Origin: Marinobacter sp.
GTDB lineage: Bacteria > Pseudomonadota > Gammaproteobacteria > Pseudomonadales > Oleiphilaceae
Length of the DNA stretch: 63,455 nucleotides
NCBI GenBank assembly: GCA_052089485.1
Contig: JBQCZX010000001.1
Span: forward strand, 1-63,455
Direction of reading: 5' to 3'
Part shown: positions 31,480 to 42,069 of the stretch, piece by piece
Numbering within the stretch: the stretch's first letter is position 1
How the letters are laid out: each line of letters begins with the position of its first letter
The notes under the pieces: model-generated
The model's database searches: none
The model's input: the letters and a program-made list of their open reading frames with translations, nothing else
What the model was told of the DNA's origin: nothing
Program-made: the position numbers and the translations under genes

Positions 31480-32925
31480 ATGAATGGTATTGAACCCGGC
31501 GGTACACGCTACATGACACAGTTGTTTGGTGAGAAAAATAGAAGTGGGCTGACCCGGGAGCTTATCGAAGCGCTCTTCCCGATGTTTGATGAGGCAAGCG
31601 CAGGCGCGATTGCTGTGGATCGACAGTCCCGCATTACCTGGCTAAACAGCAGTTACGCCCAGCTGTTGGGTCTGAAAGAGCCGGCCACTGTCATCGGGCG
31701 CCAAGTGCGCCAAATCATTCCGGAAACCCGCATGCCTGAAGTGGTGGAAACAGGTAAGCCTCTGCTGCTGGATATCATGGAATACCAGCAGCAACAGCTG
31801 GTGGTTACCCGGCTTCCCTATTACGACAAGGCTGGCGAGATTGAAGGTGCTGTGGCGTTTGTGCTCTACGACGACCTGCAACCGCTTACGCCCCTGGTCA
31901 GTAAATACCGGCGCCTGCATCAGGATCTTGCTGCGGCCCGCAAAGCGCTGGCAAAAAAGGCTCGAAGTACCCGCTACAGCCTTGGGGATTTTGTAGGCGC
32001 CAGCCCCGGCGCGCTTGAGGTAAAACGCCGCGCACGGCTTGCCGCCGGGCGCGAAATGGCTGTGTTGTTGCTGGGTGAAACCGGCACCGGCAAAGAGGTA
32101 CTCGCCCAAGCTATTCACTCTGTGTCCAGCCGTGCCGAAAAGCCGTTTGTGGGGGTAAACGTTGCCGCCATTCCTGATAATCTTTTGGAAGCCGAGTTCT
32201 TCGGCGTTGCGCCAGGTGCCTATACCGGCGCGGATCGTAAGCTGCGTGAAGGGAAGTTTCAGCTGGCCCACGGCGGCACGCTGTTTTTGGACGAAGTGGG
32301 TGACATGCCCTTGCCGCTGCAAGCCAAGCTTTTGCGAGCCTTGCAAGAAGGAGAAGTAGAACCCTTGGGCTCCAACAAAGTTGCTTCAGTAGACGTTCGG
32401 GTTATTGCGGCTACCAGCCGCAATCTGGACGCTATGATCGCCGATGGCAGCTTCCGCTCCGATTTATATTATCGGCTGAACGTGCTGGAGATTCCCATAC
32501 CGCCTTTGCGGGATCGCCTTGTCGATCTGGGGCTGTTGTGCGAAACCCTGCTGTGGGAAATCAGCGAAGGCCAAGGCATGCGTGCCGAGATTACCGATGC
32601 CGGCGTGGCAGCTCTGGCCAGTTATAGCTGGCCGGGCAACATCCGCGAATTGCGTAACGTGCTGGAGCGGGCGCTGACCATGGGGGAGGACAACGGTGTT
32701 CTGGATGCCGACGCCATGTTCAAAGTGCTGCCTCGCGGTGGTGTGCGCACTGATTCCCAGATAGCGCCGCGCCCGGTCAGGCCGCTGGCAGAAACACTGG
32801 CTGAAGCTGAGGCTCAAGCGGTGGAGGAAGCGCTGGTGGCAAGCCGGGGTAACCGCACCAAGGCTGCCAAGTTGTTGGGAATATCCCGCTCGGTGCTGTA
32901 CGAGAAATTGGCGAAAATGTCCTGA
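31480..32925 (+). CDS. Sigma54-dependent enhancer-binding protein (PAS, AAA+, Fis HTH), HbcR-like by context
   Basis: GETGTGKE, EAEFFG..GAYTGA, LFLDEVG, WPGNIREL, GNRTKAAKLLGISRSVLY; start may be 31513. Confidence 0.92.
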   Translation: MNGIEPGGTRYMTQLFGEKNRSGLTRELIEALFPMFDEASAGAIAVDRQSRITWLNSSYAQLLGLKEPATVIGRQVRQIIPETRMPEVVETGKPLLLDIMEYQQQQLVVTRLPYYDKAGEIEGAVAFVLYDDLQPLTPLVSKYRRLHQDLAAARKALAKKARSTRYSLGDFVGASPGALEVKRRARLAAGREMAVLLLGETGTGKEVLAQAIHSVSSRAEKPFVGVNVAAIPDNLLEAEFFGVAPGAYTGADRKLREGKFQLAHGGTLFLDEVGDMPLPLQAKLLRALQEGEVEPLGSNKVASVDVRVIAATSRNLDAMIADGSFRSDLYYRLNVLEIPIPPLRDRLVDLGLLCETLLWEISEGQGMRAEITDAGVAALASYSWPGNIRELRNVLERALTMGEDNGVLDADAMFKVLPRGGVRTDSQIAPRPVRPLAETLAEAEAQAVEEALVASRGNRTKAAKLLGISRSVLYEKLAKMS

Positions 32926-32998
32926 TTTTCGGACGCCTGTCTTGATATCTGTACAACTACTTACGACCCAGGTGAAAAATTGTCCTTAATTCCGGACG
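32918..32998. promoter_or_regulatory. Three 18-bp palindromic UAS sites matching those at 29002-29123
   Basis: 32918 TGTCCTGATTTTCGGACG; 32938 TGTCTTGATATCTGTACA; 32981 TGTCCTTAATTCCGGACG. Confidence 0.7.
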
Positions 32999-33029
32999 CC
33001 TCAACTCCCCTCGATTTTTAAATTTTTCT

Positions 33030-33042
33030 TAAAGTACTGATA
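33030..33042 (-). promoter_or_regulatory. Putative IHF site
   Basis: Minus strand TATCAGTACTTTA fits WATCARNNNNTTR; lies in an AT-rich tract between the UAS and the sigma54 promoter. Confidence 0.55.
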
Positions 33043-33061
33043 TAAAAAACAAAAAAATTGT

Positions 33062-33077
33062 TGGCACAGACTCTGCA
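33062..33077 (+). promoter_or_regulatory. Sigma54 (-24/-12) promoter of the TRAP-bdhA-acetoacetate ligase operon
   Basis: TGGCACAGACTCTGCA with GG-N10-GC spacing. Confidence 0.78.
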
Positions 33078-33164
33078 ATTTCTGAAATGTAGGACGTCAG
33101 AACAACGCAGAAAATAAAGGCTGGCGCCAAAAGTAGGACCCCCTGATTTACTTATGCCATCTTT

Positions 33165-33225
33165 TTTTCTGTGTTTTCTGTGTTTTCTGTGTTTTCTGTG
33201 TTTTCTGTGTTTTCTGTGTTTTCTG
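33165..33225. repeat. Perfect tandem repeat (TTTTCTGTG) x6 plus a 7-bp partial copy
   Basis: Units start at 33165, 33174, 33183, 33192, 33201, 33210; partial copy 33219-33225. Confidence 0.97.
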
Positions 33226-33297
33226 GCGGAATTTCAGTTTAGGCCTACCGGGCCAGAGAGCTCCGGGCCATATACAACAACAAGAAGGATCATTTTC

Positions 33298-34383
33298 ATG
33301 TCTTTCAAGCATAAACTTTCAGGTTTGACTTTGGGTATCAGTGCCGCAGCCTTTATGACCGGCGCCATGGTTAGCAGCAATGCTCTGGCTGCAGAAAAAG
33401 TTCGCTGGCAGGTGCCCCTGGCATTTCCATCGCATCTTGTAGGCCTGACAACACCGGTTAAGCACCTGACAGAAAACCTTAAACTGATTTCAGGCGGTGA
33501 TCTTCAGCTACGCTATTACGAGCCTAATGAGCTGGTTCCTCCGTTTGAAATTATGGACGCTGTAAGCAGTGGCAAGTACCCGGCCGGCTACACCTGGGTG
33601 GGTTACGATCAGGGCACTATAGCTGCGCTGCCGCTATACTCAGGCGCACCGTTTAACATGGAACCACCGGCTTACCTGGCCTGGTATTACGAGGGCGACG
33701 GCCGGGAACTGCTGGAAGAGATTTACGCCGAGCGTAATATCCACCCCATGCTGTGCAGCATCATTGGCCCTGAAGGCGCGGGCTGGTTCGCTAAGCCTAT
33801 CGAAGGCATGGAAGATTTTGATGGCCTGAAAATCCGCTTTGCCGGTATTGGTGGCAAGGTACTGGAAAAGCTTGGTGCCTCGGTAACCATGGTACCTGGT
33901 GGCGAGATTTACCAAGCGCTAGAGCGCAAGACGATCGATGCAACTGAGTTCTCTCAGCCGGCTATCGACAAAATGCTTGGCCTGGATCAGATCATCAAGA
34001 ACTACATCATGCCGGGCTGGCACCAAACTCTGACAACCTCGCACCTGCTGGTTAACAAGGATGTGTGGGAGGACCTGGAGCCACAGAACCGCGCGCTCAT
34101 CGAGATGGGCTGCGAATCTGCCACGCTTAAAGGCTTTGCAGAAAGTGAGTGGGCACAGCCGACTGCTCTTCGTGATTACGAAGAAGAAGGCGTGAACGCC
34201 CAGACACTGCCTGAGCCTGTTCTTCGCGAGCTGCAGAAGGTTACCAACGAAGTGTTGGACGAGATCGCGGCCGAGGACAAGATGTTCAAGCGCGTGCTGA
34301 CCAGTCAGCGTGACTTTATGGAACATCACTCCATCTGGCACTCCAATGGCTACCTGCCACGGGATTTCTACAAGTACGACTGA
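33298..34383 (+). CDS. dctP: TRAP transporter substrate-binding protein (TakP/monocarboxylate-like)
   Basis: Signal peptide ending ALA, GLKIRFAG, GGEIYQALERKTIDATEF, PGWHQ; AAGGA RBS before ATG 33298. Confidence 0.92.
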   Translation: MSFKHKLSGLTLGISAAAFMTGAMVSSNALAAEKVRWQVPLAFPSHLVGLTTPVKHLTENLKLISGGDLQLRYYEPNELVPPFEIMDAVSSGKYPAGYTWVGYDQGTIAALPLYSGAPFNMEPPAYLAWYYEGDGRELLEEIYAERNIHPMLCSIIGPEGAGWFAKPIEGMEDFDGLKIRFAGIGGKVLEKLGASVTMVPGGEIYQALERKTIDATEFSQPAIDKMLGLDQIIKNYIMPGWHQTLTTSHLLVNKDVWEDLEPQNRALIEMGCESATLKGFAESEWAQPTALRDYEEEGVNAQTLPEPVLRELQKVTNEVLDEIAAEDKMFKRVLTSQRDFMEHHSIWHSNGYLPRDFYKYD

Positions 34384-34461
34384 TCAACGGATGATGTTCA
34401 CTGCGGGTAACGGTTGATCGTTACCCGCGTCCTGCCCCACATCCGAAAATCCGAGGTTTTT

Positions 34462-35079
34462 GTGGCTGATACCAACGACTCTGGGGCTGACCAGTCCCCG
34501 GCATCTAAGACTGACACGCTTCCAATCAATGCGTTCTCCTGGCAACTCGACCGATTGGTAGTTGCTGTGGGTCATTTTGCATCCTGGTTATGGATTGGCG
34601 TGTTAGTTGTTGTACTGATCAATGTAATCTCCCGGTACGCCTTTTCTCAAGGCTCCATTGCTTTGGAGGAGCTGTCCTGGCACTTGTTCGGCACCGCCAC
34701 CATGTTAACGCTGGGGTACGCGGTTGTGCGTGATGACCACGTGCGCGTTGATGTGCTGAAAGAAAAGTTTACCCCTAAAACCCAAGCCATTATTGAGCTT
34801 TTGGGTATTGTGTTGCTGGCGCTGCCGATTATCGCGCTGATGGTTAATGCGCTGCTGCCATACGCATGGAAAGCCTGGATTTATAATGAGCATTCCCAAG
34901 CACCCAGCGGACTGCCATACCGGTTTATTTTCAAAAGCATGCTGCCCCTGGGCTTAGTGTTTGTGATGATTGCCCTGGTGTCTCGTGCCTCGCGCTGCGG
35001 CACCCTCCTGTTCTGCTTTCCCCGGGCTATTGAGCCTCCCCACGATGATCGGCATTCCGCTGGCCATCCTAATCCCTGA
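34462..35079 (+). CDS. dctQ: TRAP small permease
   Basis: EELSWHL and HVRVDV; 4 TM; GTG start after GAGG. Confidence 0.9.
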   Translation: MADTNDSGADQSPASKTDTLPINAFSWQLDRLVVAVGHFASWLWIGVLVVVLINVISRYAFSQGSIALEELSWHLFGTATMLTLGYAVVRDDHVRVDVLKEKFTPKTQAIIELLGIVLLALPIIALMVNALLPYAWKAWIYNEHSQAPSGLPYRFIFKSMLPLGLVFVMIALVSRASRCGTLLFCFPRAIEPPHDDRHSAGHPNP

Positions 35080-35096
35080 ACCGCGAGGCTAACGTC

Positions 35097-36467
35097 ATGG
35101 GTGTAGAAGCGATTCTTGTTGTCGCCATGTTCGCCAGCTTTATGGTGCTGTTGCTGCTGGGTTTCCCGGTTGCTTGGTCACTGGCGGGTATTGGTCTTAT
35201 ATTCGGTATCGTCGGCCACGTTATGGTCGAGTATCTGGATTCTCCTCTGTGGTTTACCTGGCAGGGCACAATCGGCGTTCTGGACGCCAGGATTTATGGC
35301 ATTGTTGCCAATGAACTGATGGTTGCGCTGCCCATGTTTATCTTCATGGGCATCATGCTTGATCGTTCTGGTATCGCCGAAAAGTTGATGCACAGCCTAG
35401 TTAAAGTGCTTGGCGGGTTGCGCGGTGGTTATGCCATTACCGTGGTGCTGGTTGGTGTATTGCTGGCTGCCTCCACCGGTATTGTTGGCGCGTCGGTTGT
35501 ATTGCTGGGCATGTTGTCTCTTGGCCCCATGATGCAGGCCAACTACAACAAATCACTGGCTGTGGGCACAGCGTGTTCTGTTGGCACCCTCGGTATTCTG
35601 GTGCCACCAAGCATTATGTTGGTACTGATGGCAGATCGCCTGGGCACTTCGGACGCTTCGGTAGGCAAGCTGTTTATGGGTGCGCTGATTCCCGGCGTTA
35701 TGCTCGCCATGCTCTATATTCTTTACATCATCATTGCCTCCTACATCAAAAAGGATCTAGCGCCTGCGCCTGCAAACCGGCAGCGTCTCGATGCCCGAGC
35801 CTGGTTTGAAGTGTTTTGGGCGGTACTGCCGCCGATGGCGCTGATTATCTCTGTGCTGGGTTCTATCTTTTTTGGCATAGCCACAACCACTGAGGCCTCC
35901 GCAGTAGGTGCTGGCGGCGCGCTGCTGATGGCTTTTGTTAGCAAGCGCCTGGATATGGACACCCTGAAGCAGTCGCTTTACCAGACCAGCCGCACGTCAG
36001 CATTTATCTTTGGTATTTTCATTGGTGCCACGGTCTTTGCCTCGGTACTGCGCGGGCTGGGTGGTGATGATGTAATTGAAGGTGCCATCACCGGCTTGCC
36101 GTTTGGCACTACCGGTGTGTTGTTGACGGTACTGTTCATCACCTTCTTGCTTGGGTTTTTCCTGGACTGGGTGGAAATCACTTTGATCGTGTTGCCCTTG
36201 GTGGCACCAGTTCTATTCGGCATGGGTGTGGAGCCAGTGTGGTTCGCCATCATGTTTGCCATGTGCTTGCAGACGTCGTTCCTGACACCACCCGTAGGCT
36301 TCTCACTGTTCTACATAAAAGGTGTATGCCCGCCGGGTATTACCACCAAAGATATCTATCTGGGCGTATTACCGTTTATTGCCTTGCAACTGCTGGCATT
36401 GGCGCTGGTATTCTGGTTTGAGCCGCTGGCTACCTGGCTGCCTAACGAAGTGTATGGCGGTTCCTGA
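35097..36467 (+). CDS. dctM: TRAP large permease
   Basis: [30 protein letters not shown]. Confidence 0.94.
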   Translation: MGVEAILVVAMFASFMVLLLLGFPVAWSLAGIGLIFGIVGHVMVEYLDSPLWFTWQGTIGVLDARIYGIVANELMVALPMFIFMGIMLDRSGIAEKLMHSLVKVLGGLRGGYAITVVLVGVLLAASTGIVGASVVLLGMLSLGPMMQANYNKSLAVGTACSVGTLGILVPPSIMLVLMADRLGTSDASVGKLFMGALIPGVMLAMLYILYIIIASYIKKDLAPAPANRQRLDARAWFEVFWAVLPPMALIISVLGSIFFGIATTTEASAVGAGGALLMAFVSKRLDMDTLKQSLYQTSRTSAFIFGIFIGATVFASVLRGLGGDDVIEGAITGLPFGTTGVLLTVLFITFLLGFFLDWVEITLIVLPLVAPVLFGMGVEPVWFAIMFAMCLQTSFLTPPVGFSLFYIKGVCPPGITTKDIYLGVLPFIALQLLALALVFWFEPLATWLPNEVYGGS

Positions 36468-36517
36468 CCTGGCGACTATCTTTAAATAATCTTAATAATA
36501 ATTGGGAGACAAACATC

Positions 36518-37297
36518 ATGCGTCTCGAAAATCGAGTGGCCCTGATTACCGGGGCTGGGCGTGGAATTGGCCGGGCAATCGCTGAGCATTATGGCCGTGA
36601 AGGTGCCCATGTAGCAGTCGCGGATCTCACCCTGGAAAGCGCGCAAGACGCCGTGGATGCGATTGAAAAAGCCGGTGGCACAGCTATGGCGCTAGCCATG
36701 GACGTGACCGACGAGGCTGCGGTAGAAGACGGCGTTGCGGCGATTGTGGCAGCATGGGGTGGCTTGGATATCGCCGTGGCTAACGCCGGCATTCAACACA
36801 TAGATGCCATACACAAACTGGCGTATGCGGATTGGCGCCGGGTGATGAACGTGCATCTTGATGGCGCGTTTCTGGTTACCCGGGCAGCCCTTAAGCAAAT
36901 GTACGCCGGCGGTGGCGGAACCATGCTATACATGGGATCCGTGCATTCGATAGAAGCTTCGCCCCTGAAAGGCCCGTACGTAGCTGCGAAACACGGCATG
37001 TTAGGCTTATGCCGTGCGGTTGCCAAAGAAGGCGCCGAACACGGTGTGCGTAGCAATATTATCTGCCCGGGCTTTGTTAGAACGCCGTTGGTAGACAAGC
37101 AGATTCCGGAGCAGGCAAAAGAGCTGGGCCTTTCCGAGGAAGACGTCATCAGCAAAGTGATGCTGAAAAACACCGTGGATGGCAAGTTCACCACGTTGGA
37201 AGATGTCTCCGAGGTGGCGGTGCACTTGGCGGCTTTCCCTTCTGCAGCCCTTACGGGTCAATCTATTGTAGTCAGCCACGGCTGGCACATGCAGTAA
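36518..37297 (+). CDS. bdhA: 3-hydroxybutyrate dehydrogenase
   Basis: [55 protein letters not shown]. Confidence 0.94.
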   Translation: MRLENRVALITGAGRGIGRAIAEHYGREGAHVAVADLTLESAQDAVDAIEKAGGTAMALAMDVTDEAAVEDGVAAIVAAWGGLDIAVANAGIQHIDAIHKLAYADWRRVMNVHLDGAFLVTRAALKQMYAGGGGTMLYMGSVHSIEASPLKGPYVAAKHGMLGLCRAVAKEGAEHGVRSNIICPGFVRTPLVDKQIPEQAKELGLSEEDVISKVMLKNTVDGKFTTLEDVSEVAVHLAAFPSAALTGQSIVVSHGWHMQ

Positions 37298-37313
37298 GCA
37301 ACAGGAGCAAAGA

Positions 37314-39305
37314 ATGAGTGTTACTGAGCAGTCCCCGATCGTCTGGTCTCCTTCGGAAGACGTACTGACAAGCACTCGCATGGGTCGCTTTAAAGCCTGG
37401 CTTGAAGATCAGGGCTACGGCCCTTTTACCGATTATCACGCGCTGCACCAGTGGTCGGTTGATGAGCTTGAAACCTTCTGGGACAAGGTTTGGGATTATT
37501 GCGGGCTGGTTTGCGAAACGCCGGCCAGCAAAGTACTGGGCAAGCGGAGCATGCCCGGCGCCGAGTGGTTCCCGGGCATGAAACTGAACTTCGCCGCCAA
37601 CCTGCTGCGACTGGCAGAAGGTGACCATGCCAGCCAGGAAGCGGTCGTGGCCTACTGTGAAACGCGCCCGGTTCTGCGTCGCACCTATGGTGAACTGAAA
37701 TCCGATGTGGGCGCCCTGGAAGCCTTCCTGCGCAGCAAAGGCATTAAAAAAGGTGATCGGGTAGCCGGTGTGGTGACCAACGGCTACGAAGCGCTGGCGG
37801 GCATGCTTGCAGCAACCAGCCTGGGGGCTGTTTGGAGCTCCGCCTCGCCAGACTTTGGTGTGGGGGCCATTCTTGACCGGTTTGGCCAGATTGAACCCTC
37901 CGCGCTTATCGTCGTGAACGGCTATGGGTATGGCGGAAAGATCTTGGCGCGCCAAGACGATTTTGCAGAACTGATTGCGGGCCTCCCAACACTGAACTGC
38001 GTCGTTAGCGTTCAGCAATTGCCCGATGCCGCACCGATTTCCGGTGATCTGGTGACCACCTGGGACCAAGCGATAGCTTTCGGCGCAGGCCAAGCCCCCT
38101 CGTTTACCCCCGTCGATCCCGACCATCCGGTATACATTCTGTATTCCTCCGGCACCACCGGCAAACCCAAATGCATCGTTCACGGAACGGCAGGGCTGCT
38201 GGTTAACCACGCCAAAGAACTCATGCTGCACGGCGACGTCGGCCCGGAAGACAGATTCCTCTACTTCACCACTTGCGGCTGGATGATGTGGAACTGGCAA
38301 GCCTCCGCTCTGCTGACTGGCGCTGCCGTGATCACCCTGGACGGCTCACCCGGCTATCCCAGCCTCAGCATGCTCTGGGACACCGTAGCCGAAGAGCGCG
38401 TGACCCACTATGGCACCAGCGCCAGATTCATCGCCGGTTGTCGCAAAGCAGAATTGAAGCCCGCAGAAACACTGGATCTGGGCAAGCTCAGAGTCGTATT
38501 CTCAACCGGCTCGCCACTGCTCCCGGAAGATTACGATTGGGTATACAGCCACGGCGCGCCTAACGCCCTGCTCGGCTCCATTGCGGGCGGCACCGACATC
38601 TGCGGCTGTTTTGTAGGCTCAACCCCGCTATTGCCCGTACGCCGGGGCGAAATCCAGTGCCGCTTCCTGGGTGTAGACGCCGTTGCCTACGGCGACGACG
38701 GCAAAGCCGTTGATCAAGGGCGGGGCGAGCTCGTCTGTCGTCAGCCGTTGCCCTGCATGCCAGTAGCCTTCTGGGACGACCCCGACGGCGAGCGCTACCG
38801 AGCCGCCTACTTCGATACTTTTCCCGGCGTTTGGGCCCACGGTGACTTCATCGAATTCACCGAACACGGCGGCGCCATCATCTACGGCCGCTCCGACGCC
38901 ACCCTGAACCCCGGCGGCGTGCGCATCGGTACCGCAGAAATCTACCGCCAGGTAGAAACGGAGGCGGCTGTTAAAGACAGCCTCGTAGTCGGACGCCAAA
39001 TCGACGGCGACGTAGAAGTTGTACTGTTTGTGGTACCTGCCGAGGGCCAAGAGCTGACCGAAGACCTGCTAAAGCAGCTTAAGGTCCAGATCCGCGAAGG
39101 CGCCAGCCCCCGCCACGTTCCCAAACACATCGTTCAGGTGCCGGACATTCCGTACACCCGCAGCGGAAAAAAAGTGGAACTGGCCGTCGCCCGCCTGATC
39201 AACGGCTCCACCAAAGCCGACAACCGCGATGCCCTGAGCAACCCTGAAGCGCTTGACCAGATTCGGGATCGGTTGGCGGAAGTAAACCTGCTGCCGAGGA
39301 GTTAG
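37314..39305 (+). CDS. Acetoacetate--CoA ligase
   Basis: [54 protein letters not shown]. Confidence 0.94.
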   Translation: MSVTEQSPIVWSPSEDVLTSTRMGRFKAWLEDQGYGPFTDYHALHQWSVDELETFWDKVWDYCGLVCETPASKVLGKRSMPGAEWFPGMKLNFAANLLRLAEGDHASQEAVVAYCETRPVLRRTYGELKSDVGALEAFLRSKGIKKGDRVAGVVTNGYEALAGMLAATSLGAVWSSASPDFGVGAILDRFGQIEPSALIVVNGYGYGGKILARQDDFAELIAGLPTLNCVVSVQQLPDAAPISGDLVTTWDQAIAFGAGQAPSFTPVDPDHPVYILYSSGTTGKPKCIVHGTAGLLVNHAKELMLHGDVGPEDRFLYFTTCGWMMWNWQASALLTGAAVITLDGSPGYPSLSMLWDTVAEERVTHYGTSARFIAGCRKAELKPAETLDLGKLRVVFSTGSPLLPEDYDWVYSHGAPNALLGSIAGGTDICGCFVGSTPLLPVRRGEIQCRFLGVDAVAYGDDGKAVDQGRGELVCRQPLPCMPVAFWDDPDGERYRAAYFDTFPGVWAHGDFIEFTEHGGAIIYGRSDATLNPGGVRIGTAEIYRQVETEAAVKDSLVVGRQIDGDVEVVLFVVPAEGQELTEDLLKQLKVQIREGASPRHVPKHIVQVPDIPYTRSGKKVELAVARLINGSTKADNRDALSNPEALDQIRDRLAEVNLLPRS

Positions 39306-39374
39306 GGTTTGTGAGTTGTACGCGGTCAATGGCTTAGGATTAGAGTCACGGAAGGCCATTGAAATGCTGGCAAA

Positions 39375-39484
39375 GCGGTGGGGGTATCCCTTTCCAAAAC
39401 TGTGCGGAGCCATGGATGGCGGAGCCCAAGCGCCACATGGATGTGCCGCAAGGAGCGTGTTTTGGGAAGGGATATCCCCACCGC
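39375..39484. repeat. 110-bp palindromic intergenic element with 26-bp arms and two internal CATGGATG hairpins
   Basis: Arms 39375-39400 and 39459-39484 are complementary at 24 of 26 positions; internal GCCATGGATGGC and CACATGGATGTG. Confidence 0.8.
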
Positions 39485-39744
39485 GCTACCCCCAAGCCAG
39501 CAAGCCAAAATCAATAAATGTAAGAAAGTTTCGCAAATTCCCACCAGTTCATCGCCCAGTCACCGAAGATCAGGGGTTTTTAGTCCGTTCTTATACTAAG
39601 ATCGTAAGCCGAGCCTGCGAAAAAATGGTATCTTAGTAAGTCTATCAAAAGTTTAAAAATCAGTCATCGCAAAGGCCAGACGTCCACAAGACGCCCAACC
39701 TCGCCATGACCGTCCTGAACCCACCCAATAGCCTGAGGACGAAA

Positions 39745-41988
39745 ATGACAACATCCAAAGCCAAAATCATCTACACGCTGACCGACGAGGCACCTGCCCT
39801 AGCTACACGGTCCTTGCTTCCGATTCTGGAAACCTACGCCAAGCCGGCGGGTATCGAATTTGGAACCAGCGACATCTCCCTCGCGGCCCGCATACTGGCA
39901 AAATTTCCAGACTACCTGGAAGAAAACCAGCAAGTCCCAGATGATCTGGCCTCGCTGGGCGAGTACACCAAAGACCCAGATGCCAACATCATCAAACTGC
40001 CGAACATCTCTGCCTCCATTCCGCAGTTACGCGCAGCTATCAAAGAATTGACAGATCAGGGCTTTAACCTTCCCGAGTACAAAGAAAACCCCGAAACCGA
40101 CGAAGAAAAAGAGATTACCGCTCGCTACGCCAAAGTACTTGGCAGCGCTGTAAACCCGGTACTGCGTGAGGGCAACTCCGATCGCCGTGCCCCTGCGGCC
40201 GTTAAAGCATTTGCACGCAAATACCCCCACACTATGGGCGACTGGAGTCCGGCTTCGCGGACCCACGTGGCACACATGCGCGGCGGCGACTTCTACTGTA
40301 ACGAGCAGTCCATCATTCTCGACAAAGCGACCAACACCCGCATTGTGTTTGAGAATAAGACCGGCGAGCAAACCGTACTCAAAGCTGAGCTGCCATTGCT
40401 CGAAGGCGAAGTGCTCGATGGCATGTTCATGAGCTGCAAAGCGCTTTGCGAATTTTTCGAAGAGGCCATTGCCGACTGCGAAAAAACCGGGGTGATGTTT
40501 TCCCTGCACGTGAAAGCCACCATGATGAAAATCTCCCACCCGATCGTGTTTGGTCACGCGGTGAAGATTTACTACAAGGAACTGTTCGATCAGTACGGCG
40601 ACCTGTTCGACGAAATCGGTGTCAACCCGAACAACGGCCTGTCTTCCGTGCTCGAGAAAATCAAGGATCTGCCGGAGTCGAAGCAGGAAGAAATTCAGGA
40701 AGCTCTGCACAAGACGTACGAGCATCGCCCTGAAATTGCCATGGTCGACTCTGTTAAAGGCGTCACCAACCTGCACGTACCCAGCGACGTGATTGTTGAT
40801 GCATCCATGCCGGCGATGATCCGTAACTCCGGCAAGATGTGGGCCCGTGACGGCAAGCTTAAGGACACCAAGGCGGTTATGCCTGAGTCCACCTACGCCA
40901 CCATCTATCAAGAAGCCATCAACTTCTGCAAAACCCACGGCGCGTTTGACCCCACCACCATGGGCACCGTACCGAACGTAGGCCTGATGGCGCAGAAAGC
41001 TGAAGAGTACGGCTCCCACGACAAGACCTTCGAAATCAAAGAAGACGGTATTGTGCGAGTGATTACCGAAGATGGCACTGTACTGACCGAGCACAACGTG
41101 GAAAAGGGTGATATCTGGCGCGCGTGCCAGACCAAAGACCTGCCGATTCGCGACTGGGTAAAGCTGGCTGTTAATCGCGCCCGCGCTACCGGCATGCCGG
41201 CGGTATTCTGGCTGGATGATGAACGCGCTCACGATGCGCAGCTGATCACCAAAGTAAACACCTACCTGAAAGATCACGACACCGATGGCCTGGATATTCG
41301 CATCATGTCGCCGGTTCGCGCTATTCGTTGGACCATGGAGCGCCTGATCCGTGGCCTGGACACCATCTCTGTAACCGGCAACGTACTGCGTGACTACCTC
41401 ACCGACCTGTTCCCGATTCTGGAACTGGGCACCAGTGCCAAGATGCTGTCGATCGTGCCCCTGCTCAATGGCGGAGGCCTTTATGAGACCGGCGCTGGCG
41501 GCTCTGCACCCAAGCATGTGCAGCAGTTGCTGCAGGAAAACCATCTGCGTTGGGATTCACTGGGTGAGTTCCTGGCTATTGCGGTGTCTCTGGATGAGTT
41601 GGGCGAAAAGCACGATAATCAGCGTGCTCGTCTGCTGGGACAGACGCTGGATAAGGCCACCGAGCGCTTGCTGGAAAATAACCAGTCGCCGTCTCGCGCC
41701 ACCGGCGAGCTGGACAACCGTGGCAGCCACTTCCATTTGGCCCGCTATTGGGCAGAAGAGCTGGCTAACCAAGACAGCGACAAAGAACTAAAAGAGTTCT
41801 TTGTGAAGATGTCCGGCCAGCTGGAAGAAAACAAGGACAAAATCCTTGAGGAAATGAGTGTTATCCAGGGCAAAGCCGCCGATATCGGAGGCTATTACCA
41901 CGCACCAGCAGATAAGGTGACGGCGGTGATGCAGCCTAGTGAAACCCTCAACCGGATTATGGAAGATGCCCGCGCATCGGTGAAGTAA
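39745..41988 (+). CDS. icd: NADP-dependent isocitrate dehydrogenase, monomeric type
   Basis: [44 protein letters not shown]; GAGGA RBS. Confidence 0.97.
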   Translation: MTTSKAKIIYTLTDEAPALATRSLLPILETYAKPAGIEFGTSDISLAARILAKFPDYLEENQQVPDDLASLGEYTKDPDANIIKLPNISASIPQLRAAIKELTDQGFNLPEYKENPETDEEKEITARYAKVLGSAVNPVLREGNSDRRAPAAVKAFARKYPHTMGDWSPASRTHVAHMRGGDFYCNEQSIILDKATNTRIVFENKTGEQTVLKAELPLLEGEVLDGMFMSCKALCEFFEEAIADCEKTGVMFSLHVKATMMKISHPIVFGHAVKIYYKELFDQYGDLFDEIGVNPNNGLSSVLEKIKDLPESKQEEIQEALHKTYEHRPEIAMVDSVKGVTNLHVPSDVIVDASMPAMIRNSGKMWARDGKLKDTKAVMPESTYATIYQEAINFCKTHGAFDPTTMGTVPNVGLMAQKAEEYGSHDKTFEIKEDGIVRVITEDGTVLTEHNVEKGDIWRACQTKDLPIRDWVKLAVNRARATGMPAVFWLDDERAHDAQLITKVNTYLKDHDTDGLDIRIMSPVRAIRWTMERLIRGLDTISVTGNVLRDYLTDLFPILELGTSAKMLSIVPLLNGGGLYETGAGGSAPKHVQQLLQENHLRWDSLGEFLAIAVSLDELGEKHDNQRARLLGQTLDKATERLLENNQSPSRATGELDNRGSHFHLARYWAEELANQDSDKELKEFFVKMSGQLEENKDKILEEMSVIQGKAADIGGYYHAPADKVTAVMQPSETLNRIMEDARASVK

Positions 41989-42029
41989 TCCCGGATGGCA
42001 GCTGGGCACTTCGCCTGGCCGCCTGAGGT

Positions 42030-42069
42030 AAAACCCGAAAAGCCCGTCATACGGCTCTTCGGGTTTTTT
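42030..42069. terminator. Bidirectional intrinsic terminator between icd and ybaK
   Basis: AAAACCCGAA...TTCGGGTTTTTT hairpin between convergent genes. Confidence 0.8.

Noticed and set aside
33165-33225. Tandem repeat as a CRISPR array
   Set aside because: Contiguous 9-bp units with no spacers and no cas genes
33154-33297. N-terminal (FLC)n extension as part of DctP
   Set aside because: It arises from the VNTR; the RBS and signal peptide fit ATG 33298
37272-38300. 342-aa antisense ORF and other overlapping short ORFs in the track
   Set aside because: They lie opposite or within well-supported genes and have no domain signatures
40027-41544. 505-aa ORF antisense to icd
   Set aside because: Shadow ORF of a strongly codon-biased gene; no recognisable motifs
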